A stretch of DNA of 32,000 bases from Thermoanaerobaculia bacterium (lineage in GTDB: Bacteria; Acidobacteriota; Thermoanaerobaculia; Gp7-AA8): the NCBI GenBank assembly GCA_035629865.1, contig DASPHC010000034.1, positions 11,589-43,588 of the forward strand. The letters run 5' to 3'. Below are positions 18,459-24,855 of this stretch, piece by piece. The notes under the pieces are model-generated. The model did no database searches. It saw nothing but the letters and a program-made list of their open reading frames with translations, and was not told the origin of the DNA. The number at the start of each line of letters is the position of its first letter. Position 1 is the first letter of the stretch. A program made the position numbers and the translations under genes.

Positions 18459-19249
18459 CGGTGCGACTCCTCGAGCTGCTGCCGGGCGGAGACCTGCGCG
18501 TGGAGCGCGGTGCAATAGAGGGCGATGCCGGCCTGGCTGGCCAGCAGGCCGAGGAGTTCCTCGTCGAGGGCTTCCAGTCCGTCGTGTTTCTGGGGAAGGA
18601 GGCGGAAGATCGCGATCGCGCCGGTCACGCGGCCGTCGACCTGCAACGGAACGCAGGCCGCCATGCCGACGCCGCGGCTCTGGTCGCCGTTCGAAACGAA
18701 CTGCACACCGGTGGCCGCGACCTGTCCGATGATCCCGTCCCCGAACGAGACTTCCCGAAAGACCTGCGGCGGCTCGTCGAACCAGTCGATCATCCGCAGG
18801 CGATCCTCTCCTTCGCGCTCGAAGATCGCGAAGTCTTCGGAGCCGATCAGGTTGATCACGATCTCCTTGATGGCTCCCAGGACCTGCCGGCGATCGAGGC
18901 TGCCGTGCAACTGGTAGCCGGCGACGTAGAGGTTCGCGAGGTTCGTGTTCTGGGTCTCGATCTCGACGAAACGGCCCGCCACCGACTCGTTCTCGCGCTG
19001 TACCTCGGAGAGGCGCCGCAGCAGGGTGTTGTGCTCGTCGACGCGCTGGGCAAGCTCCTCGCGGACGTTCATGAGCTGCTCCTGCAGGCGGATCTTCTCC
19101 ACCTGCATGCGGGAGCGGTCGGATTCGAGCGCGGCCACCATGATCCGGAGCCGCCCGTTCTGGTCCTTCACTTCCGCGATGGCGCGGTGGGTGTCCTCGC
19201 GGATCTTCTGGACGTAGTTGCCGCCGGGATTCTCGTTGCGGGCGGTCAT
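18455..19249 (-). CDS. coiled-coil + GAF domain protein (264 aa)
   Basis: Start ATG 19249 (MTARNENPGG) is in an ATGA overlap with the cheY stop. The N-terminal ~110 aa are heptad-rich (MQVEKIRLQEQLMNVREELAQRVDEHNTLLRRLSEVQRENE). The C-terminal half is GAF-like (VLGAIKEIVINLIGSEDFAIFE...IIGQVAATG...PLQVDGRVTGAIAIF). Confidence 0.75.
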   Translation of the reverse strand: MTARNENPGGNYVQKIREDTHRAIAEVKDQNGRLRIMVAALESDRSRMQVEKIRLQEQLMNVREELAQRVDEHNTLLRRLSEVQRENESVAGRFVEIETQNTNLANLYVAGYQLHGSLDRRQVLGAIKEIVINLIGSEDFAIFEREGEDRLRMIDWFDEPPQVFREVSFGDGIIGQVAATGVQFVSNGDQSRGVGMAACVPLQVDGRVTGAIAIFRLLPQKHDGLEALDEELLGLLASQAGIALYCTALHAQVSARQQLEESHR

Positions 19250-19629
19250 TCGGCACCCCCAGCGGCGAGATAGCTGCGGACCTTGGTGAGCAGCTCGGCG
19301 CCGTTGATCGGCTTGGTGATGTAGTCGCTGCAACCGCTCTCGAACCCGGACTCGACGTTCTGTTCCTCACCCTTCGTCGTGACCATGATGATCGGCACGT
19401 TCTTCGTCGCCTCCTGCTGCCGGATCCGGCGGCAGGCCTCGAAGCCGTTCATCTCGGGCATGATCACGTCGAGCAGGATCAGGTCGGGCTTCTCGATGGC
19501 GGCGGTGGCCACCGCCTCCCGGCCGTTGCTCGCCGTGACGATCTGGTACGACTGACCGCGGAGCACCATCTGCTCCATCATCAGAGTCGTCGCGGAATCG
19601 TCGACGAGCAGGATTTTCTTTCGCCTCAT
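19246..19629 (-). CDS. cheY: CheY-like single-domain response regulator (127 aa)
   Basis: Motifs: KILLVDDS, LILLDVIMPEMNG, ITKP. RBS AAGGAGAAG lies before ATG 19629. It is the first gene of the operon. Confidence 0.9.
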   Translation of the reverse strand: MRRKKILLVDDSATTLMMEQMVLRGQSYQIVTASNGREAVATAAIEKPDLILLDVIMPEMNGFEACRRIRQQEATKNVPIIMVTTKGEEQNVESGFESGCSDYITKPINGAELLTKVRSYLAAGGAE

Positions 19630-19653
19630 GTCTTCTCCTTCGGCAGCCCACTA

Positions 19654-19670
19654 GAACAAGGGGCGGGCCA
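19654..19670 (-). promoter_or_regulatory. weaker sigma-54-like element upstream of cheY
   Basis: Minus strand reads TGGCCCgccccTTGTT. The spacing is correct and the -24 GG is present, but the -12 element is GT instead of GC. Its distance to the ATG (~28 nt) and its flanks resemble the porin promoter. Confidence 0.3.
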
Positions 19671-19747
19671 CGGAGGGGTTGAGGGGGAAGTGATTGAAAA
19701 GGCGGGAGATGCGGGTTTTTGGTGGATTGCGAAAGGGCGCAGGTTCA

Positions 19748-19783
19748 CGAGTTCTCGGGAGGGGGCTCGCGAGATTCCGGAGA
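19748..19783 (-). promoter_or_regulatory. UAS-like box, partly palindromic (gagttctcggga / tccggagaactc)
   Basis: Sequence cgagttctcgggagggggctcgcgagattccggaga contains 12-bp inverted arms with 1 mismatch. It lies 77 nt upstream of the -24-like TGG and is similar to 8016..8049. Confidence 0.4.
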
Positions 19784-19845
19784 ACTCTTGCGATTGCCCG
19801 GAAGGGCGGCAACAAGACGCCATACCTCTGCTGCCGTAGGCAGCA

Positions 19846-20017
19846 AAAGATCTGTAGACCCGGCCTTCAGGCCGGGTAAAGCGTGGATCGATGGTCGAGC
19901 CCGCGCAGCGGGCGACAGTCAAGAAATGTGCGGATGGTCTTTCTGTCGCCCGCTACGCGGGCTCGCCTGGAGGACGCTGGTTGTACCCGGCCTGAAAGGC
20001 CGGGCCTACAGATCTTT
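19846..20017. repeat. 172-bp near-palindromic MITE/REP-like element
   Basis: Outer arms are aaagatctgtagacccggccttcaggccgggt and acccggcctgaaaggccgggcctacagatcttt. Inner arms are cgagcccgcgcagcgggcgacag and ctgtcgcccgctacgcgggctcg. The element is symmetric around ~19931. Confidence 0.8.
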
Positions 20018-20069
20018 CGCCGCTTTCGGCGACTGATGATCCGCCGCGGCTGGCATACTCTTGTGCCCG

Positions 20070-20441
20070 ATGATCGTACTGCTGGAGCTGGTCCTGGAAC
20101 TGCTCGTGGAGCTGTTCGGCGAGACGCTGATCGACGTCGCCGTGCACCGCTTCGGCGGGGGAGAGACGGGCCGGACCACCGCACGGATCATCCTTTTCGC
20201 ACTCCTCGGCGCGGCCATCGGCGCCGCCTCGCTCTTCCTCTTTCCGGCGCACTTCATCCGCACCGCCGGTCTCCGGATCACCTCCGTCCTCCTCACCCCC
20301 ATCCTCGCCGGCGCCGCCTTCGCCTGGATCGGCGGACGGCGGGAGCGCAAGGGCAAGCCGGTCAGCAGCCTCGAAGCGTTCTGGCCGGCCTATGCGTTCG
20401 CGCTGGCGATGGCGGTGGTGCGGTATTACGGGGCGGAGTAG
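20070..20441 (+). CDS. small hydrophobic (multi-TM) hypothetical protein
   Basis: Sequence MIVLLELVLELLVELF...ARIILFALLGAAIGAASLFLFPA...ITSVLLTPILAGAAFAWIGG...FWPAYAFALAMAVVRYY. No clear RBS; the track uses TTG 20061. Coding status is uncertain. Confidence 0.45.
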   Translation: MIVLLELVLELLVELFGETLIDVAVHRFGGGETGRTTARIILFALLGAAIGAASLFLFPAHFIRTAGLRITSVLLTPILAGAAFAWIGGRRERKGKPVSSLEAFWPAYAFALAMAVVRYYGAE

Positions 20442-20470
20442 AAGTTCGCGCGGCGTGATGAGGGTTATAC

Positions 20471-20692
20471 GCCCTTACGGCGAGACGCCGTCCGCCGGCG
20501 GGACGCCGCCGGACCAGCCGACGCGACGTCGGCGCTCCGGCGCATGACCGCGGTCCCCGCGAATTGACCGTGCGTGGATCGAAGCGACGTGGCTCCGGTC
20601 ATCGTAAACCATGCGTCCGCGCGTGGAGCGCCCGCGTCGCGCGGGCTGGACCGGCGGCGTCCCGCCGGCGGACGGCGTCTCGCCGTAAGGGG
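20471..20692. repeat. palindromic element with ~48-bp terminal inverted repeats
   Basis: Left arm cccttacggcgagacgccgtccgccggcgggacgccgccggaccagcc (20472..20519) is the reverse complement of 20644..20692 with 1 mismatch. An inner hairpin gccgacg-cga-cgtcggc is present. It lies between convergent genes. Confidence 0.85.
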
Positions 20693-20710
20693 AGTGACAA
20701 CCAACTCCTA

Positions 20711-21181
20711 CTACCCCTCCTCCTCCTCCTTCTTCTTCGGAGGCCTCGGCGGCGGCGGGTGGCCGAAGTCTTTGATGTAGGCGGCGCGCATGGCTTCGAC
20801 GTGGGGGATGAGGTCGGCGTGCTCGGGGTCCTCAATGAGCTCGACGGCGGTGTAGTAGACCTCCATCGCGTTTTCCATCAGCTTCGCGTTCTGTTCGTCG
20901 AGGGTCTCGCTGAGATCGTCGGCCAGGGCCTGGAGGCCGTCGGCGACCGCCATCAGCTCGAACTCTTCTTCCGAGAGGGCGTCGTAGCGGCCGTCGAGCG
21001 CCTTCGGGTCGGGCTTCCGCGGCGGCTTGTCCTTGAGGATGGGGATCTCGGACCGCATCCGGGCGAGCTCGGACAGGATCTTCTCCGCGTCCACCTTCGG
21101 TAGCGGGCGGGCCTTTTTCGCGGCGGCGGCCTTCTTCGAGAGACCGAAATCGTATTTCGGGGCCGGCTTGCTCTTTTTCAT
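20711..21181 (-). CDS. hypothetical protein (156 aa) with basic N-terminus, acidic helical core and Pro/Lys/Glu tail
   Basis: ATG 21181 has GAGGAT upstream. The composition is protein-like (MKKSKPAPKYDFGLS...LSEEEFELMAVADGLQALADDLSETLDEQNAKLMENAMEVYYTAVELIEDPEHADLIPHVEAM...GHPPPPRPPKKKEEEEG). No family recognised. It lies 66 nt downstream of the Roc-TIR gene on the same strand. Confidence 0.6.
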   Translation of the reverse strand: MKKSKPAPKYDFGLSKKAAAAKKARPLPKVDAEKILSELARMRSEIPILKDKPPRKPDPKALDGRYDALSEEEFELMAVADGLQALADDLSETLDEQNAKLMENAMEVYYTAVELIEDPEHADLIPHVEAMRAAYIKDFGHPPPPRPPKKKEEEEG

Positions 21182-21247
21182 CGTGATCCTCGCAACCTCA
21201 CTAAAGTACTACTCCTGCGGCGAATCGGCGACCGTCGCGTCGCGTCT

Positions 21248-23686
21248 TCACCGCGCTGCCGACTTCTTCTCACGCACCCGTGCAATCACTGGCAACAGGT
21301 CTTTCCGCACTTGCTCCCAGACGAGGGACCGCGGCGAGACCTCGGCGACGCTCTTGAACTTCGGCGCCAGCCGCTGCAGTTTGCCGAGGAACGGGTCTTC
21401 GTCGCTCGCGCAGGGCTCGAGCTTGACGGTGACGATCTCCACCTCGCCGGCCGCATGGCGTTCCTTTGCGCGCTGCAGCTCGATGTCCCGGATGTAGGGT
21501 CGTACGAGCGAGGCCTGGCTGGCGATGAAAAGGAAGATGTCCGCTTCCTCCACCCGCTGCCGGATCTGCCGGTCCCATTCCTGGCCTGCGATCAAGCGTT
21601 GGTCGGTCCAGGAGGCCAGACCGTGTTGGAGCTCGAGGACGCCGAGGATGGCGTCCAGGCGTTTGAGCTGGCGTTCGTTCTCATGGGCGTAGCTGACGAA
21701 CAGGCGCACCGGAACGGGGGCCGTCTCCGGCTCGCGGTCGATGGCCCGCGCCTCGGGCGGAACGAGCTTGTCGAGCTCCCTCGACACGTGGATCTCGGCG
21801 GTCCCTTCCGGCAGCACGGGTAGTTTCTGGGTCGGCCGCTCCGGTGCCTCGATCTCGCGGAGGGCCTTGACGCCGATCCACTGCTCCGCGCTCCCGGTCA
21901 GCTCGAGATCCTCCACCGGCTGCATCTTCATCTCCACATGCAGCGCCTGCAGCTCACGCCGGACCATCGCGGCCAGGACCCGGCGGGTCTCTTCGTCGCC
22001 GCCGAGGACGAAGACGTGCAGCTCCTGCCGGTCGGGCTCCTCGCGAATCAGCGCCTGCGCTTTGGCATGCCGCAGGACGACGCCGTGCCGCCAGTGGGGA
22101 GCGTCTTCACTCAGCTCGTGCGTCCGGACGATGAAGCGGGGGAGCAGGCCCGGTGGCAGGATCTCGTAGCGGTAACGCAGCCGCACCTCCGCCTGCTCCC
22201 AGTTCTCTTTCATTTCGGGCTCGAACTCGGGGAGGCGTTCCGGGACGAGATAGCGGGTCGGCTTCCCATCCTCCTCCTCCCGCGTGTAGCAAAGCTGGAA
22301 CGCGCGCATCAGCTCGAGGATAAAGCGGTGGCTCTCCTTCGGATAATCGTTAGCGTCGATGACCTTCTCGGCCTCAGCCTCCGCCAGCACGCGCGGCATG
22401 TCTGCGACGGTCAGTTGCCCGTCGTTGGCCGCGACCGACGGTGCGCGAATCACGGCATAGACGCCGCCCGTGACCCAACTCGGGTTGAGCACCCGCGTAT
22501 CGTGCAGCTTGGGGTCCTTGCCGAAGTAGAGGGCCAGGCCGAGAGCGTGGAGGATTCCGGCCAGGTCGGCCTGTGCATCGGACCGCTCTTCGCCATGGTT
22601 GCTGCACAACTCCGTGTACTGATCGTAGGTGAGGAAGTTGCCGTGCATCCCGCCGACGGCATCCTTGATCGCGCGCCACCGTTTCGGGAACGGGAGCCAG
22701 ACGTCCGGCATCTGCTCGACCGTGCTCACGATCGTCTCGCGCAACTCATTGACGCCGTCACCATGAAGCGCGTCGACCGGCATGAATGCGACGATGAACG
22801 GGAACTTCCGGCGCAGCTTCACTTCGTCGACGCGCCAGGGCCGGCCGCGGCTCCAGTTCAGGACGACGATCGCCGGCGAGCCGTTTCCCTGCGCCTCGAT
22901 GAGCTTGAGCCAGTATTCGGCGTCCTTCTGCGCGGACCCGGTTCGCGGCTCCAGTACCAACAGGTACAGGCTACGCTCGGTGAGGAAGAACTGGTGCGTG
23001 GAGTGGAGGATCTCCTGCCCGCCGAAATCCCACGCTCGCGTTCGGACTTCGCCGCCGGGACACGACAGGGCGAGCTCGCGAATGGCGATGGAGTGGGTCT
23101 CGGATTCCCGCGGGTCAGGCGGCTCGTTTGCCAGGCGCTTCACCACCGTCGTTTTGCCGGCCTTGCCGCGGCCGACGAGGAGTAATTTCAGTTCGCGCAG
23201 AGGGCGGCTATTTTCGGTGCGCGATTCGAGGTAGTAGCGTAGGACTTCTACGGGGCGACGCGTGAGGAGACTTTCCGGCAGCCCCAGGGCTGGATTGCGG
23301 CCAACCCACAGTGTCTGTAATGACAGACCTTGCAGCGTCTCCGGTAGAGACTCAAGAAGGTTGTTAGACAAATAAAGATCTAGGAGTTTTGTCAAACGGC
23401 CAATTGTGTCCGGCAGGGAACGTAGACGATTATCTGCGAGGTCGAGCACCGTCAGCGTGGTTAACTCGCCGAACCACTCGGGGATCTCGCTGATCTTGTT
23501 CTGGCCGAGGTCCAGAATGCGAAGATTCCGAATAGTTCGAATGCTCTCCGGAACCTTTTCCAGCCCAAGTTCGTTCAGCCTCAGCGTATCGGAGGAGTAC
23601 GTGCCGACACCGGTTTTGTACTCCGCGATCATGCGTTCCGCCAGTTCCGCGGGTGTCCTGAACGCGTTTCGCTTCCCTCTCTCCAC
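21248..23686 (-). CDS. ROCO-type protein: LRR + Roc GTPase + COR + C-terminal TIR domain (812 aa)
   Basis: LRR units: LxxLxLxxNxLxxLP x5 (aa ~35-130). Roc G1 (GRGKAGKTT) and G3 (WDFGGQE). COR-like: LNPSWVTGGVYAVIR, FILELMRAFQLCY. TIR-like at aa ~659-795: VRLFVSYAHENERQLKRLDAIL...WTDQRLIAGQEWDRQIRQRVEEADIFLFIASQASLVRPYIRDIELQRA. The track start is GTG 23686, with GGAGG only 2 nt upstream; the alternative is ATG 23632. Confidence 0.85.
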   Translation of the reverse strand: MERGKRNAFRTPAELAERMIAEYKTGVGTYSSDTLRLNELGLEKVPESIRTIRNLRILDLGQNKISEIPEWFGELTTLTVLDLADNRLRSLPDTIGRLTKLLDLYLSNNLLESLPETLQGLSLQTLWVGRNPALGLPESLLTRRPVEVLRYYLESRTENSRPLRELKLLLVGRGKAGKTTVVKRLANEPPDPRESETHSIAIRELALSCPGGEVRTRAWDFGGQEILHSTHQFFLTERSLYLLVLEPRTGSAQKDAEYWLKLIEAQGNGSPAIVVLNWSRGRPWRVDEVKLRRKFPFIVAFMPVDALHGDGVNELRETIVSTVEQMPDVWLPFPKRWRAIKDAVGGMHGNFLTYDQYTELCSNHGEERSDAQADLAGILHALGLALYFGKDPKLHDTRVLNPSWVTGGVYAVIRAPSVAANDGQLTVADMPRVLAEAEAEKVIDANDYPKESHRFILELMRAFQLCYTREEEDGKPTRYLVPERLPEFEPEMKENWEQAEVRLRYRYEILPPGLLPRFIVRTHELSEDAPHWRHGVVLRHAKAQALIREEPDRQELHVFVLGGDEETRRVLAAMVRRELQALHVEMKMQPVEDLELTGSAEQWIGVKALREIEAPERPTQKLPVLPEGTAEIHVSRELDKLVPPEARAIDREPETAPVPVRLFVSYAHENERQLKRLDAILGVLELQHGLASWTDQRLIAGQEWDRQIRQRVEEADIFLFIASQASLVRPYIRDIELQRAKERHAAGEVEIVTVKLEPCASDEDPFLGKLQRLAPKFKSVAEVSPRSLVWEQVRKDLLPVIARVREKKSAAR

Positions 23687-23693
23687 TGCCTCC

Positions 23694-23792
23694 CTACTCC
23701 CCGGCCTTCTTCTCAGGCCTCGCCGGCGGCGGATGCCCGTACTGCACGCCGAAGGCGAACTTGTCGAACTTCAAGGGCATGTTCTTCTTCAT
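23694..23792 (-). CDS. possible 32-aa ORF, mini-paralog of the 156-aa protein at 20711..21181
   Basis: My own translation: MKKNMPLKFDKFAFGVQYGHPPPARPEKKAGE*. Its N-terminus resembles MKKSKPAPKYDFGLS and its C-terminus resembles DFGHPPPPRPPKKKEEEEG. DNA homology is visible (cttcttc..aggcctcg.cggcggcgg). It ends 7 nt before the Roc-TIR GTG. It may be a remnant rather than a gene. Confidence 0.3.
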   Translation of the reverse strand: MKKNMPLKFDKFAFGVQYGHPPPARPEKKAGE

Positions 23793-23933
23793 CTCGAATC
23801 TCGCGATCGGCCGTCTGGGAACTGCTCTACGGTACTACCAACACCGGCGACAGCCGAGAGGCATGATGGGAGCCCGCGATGGGAGCGACGGTGTCCGCGC
23901 AGGCTTGTCCGGCGCGGCGTCTCGCCGCCAGGG

Positions 23934-24112
23934 AACGGACCGCCGGCCCGTCCCGCCGGCCGGTCCGCCGACGTCGCGTCGGCAGGCACTCGCGATGCGT
24001 GTCGTATTCGACGGTTGGGTGGTGGAGCCGCGCCGTAGGCGAGCTCCTGCCAAGAGCCGGCCCACGAGGACGTGGGCGGACCGGCCGGCGAGGACGGCCG
24101 GCGGTCCGTTTG
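23934..24112. repeat. palindromic element related to 20471..20692
   Basis: Arms are ggaacggaccgccggcccgtcccgccggccggtccgcc and ggcggaccggccggcgaggacggccggcggtccgtttgc. The same inner hairpin appears with a different loop (gccgacg-tcg-cgtcggc). Confidence 0.7.
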
Positions 24113-24213
24113 CGGCGCGCCGGAGGCGCGCCAATCGCCCCGGAGGCATGTCGTGGGGTCAGAGCTTCGCTCTTCGTTCCTGAGCAAAGCAAAGCTCTGA
24201 CCCCAAGAGCGAG

Positions 24214-24805
24214 CCCGGCGCTGAAGATCAGAGCCGGGAGGCAAGAAACGAGTCGCGCGCGGCAAGATTGTTGTCTCGGGCGACAAGATTCTTGTCTCGC
24301 GAAGCGTCATTCTTGTGTCGCGGCTCTGAAAACCAGAGCCGGGAAGCATCAAACGAGTCTCGGGCGCCAGGATTCTTGTCTCGCGAGGCAACATTCTTGT
24401 GTTGCGGCTCTGAGAATCAGAGCCGGGAGGCAAGGAACGAGTCTCGCGAGGCAAGATTGTTGTCTCGGGCGCCAAGATTCTTCGCTCGCGAGGCAACATT
24501 CTTGTCTCGCGGCTCTGAAACTCAGAGCCGGGAGGTAAGAAAAGAGTCTCGGGCGCCAAGATTCTTGCCTCGCGACGCAACATTCTTGTGTCGCGGCTCT
24601 GAAAGTCAGAGCCGGGAAGCAAGAAGCGAGTCTCGCGCGACTGGATTGTTGCCTCGGGCGCCAAGATTCTTGCCTCGCGAGGCAACATTCTTGTGTCGCG
24701 GCTCTGAGAGTCAGAGCCGGGAAGCAACAAACGAGTCTCGGGTGACAAGATTCTTGCCTCGCGAGGCAACATTCTTATCTCCCGGCTCTGAAAGTCAGAG
24801 CCGGG
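24214..24805. repeat. nested tandem array: 21-bp palindrome-containing units, 84/105-bp super-units, 189-bp higher-order period
   Basis: There are seven copies of the hairpin CGGCTCTGA-nnn-TCAGAGCCGGG, with starts spaced 105, 84, 105, 84, 105 and 84 bp. Between them lie 2 or 3 units of 21 bp built on TTGyCTCGsGrGrCAA (a perfect 16-bp palindrome TTGCCTCGCGAGGCAA in several copies) plus a gATTc/cATTc linker. G+C is lower than the surroundings. The array is preceded by a related hairpin at 24155..24204 (ggggtcagagctt/aagctctgacccc). Confidence 0.9.
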
Positions 24806-24855
24806 AAGCGAGGATCATGTCTCTCGCGACGAGATCGACTTGGGCTGGATCGGCT

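Noticed and set aside
24214-24805. Possible CRISPR array
   Set aside because: The intervals between hairpin repeats are themselves repeats (the same 21-bp units), so there are no unique spacers. The spacing alternates 84/105 bp, there are no cas genes, and the repeats are degenerate.
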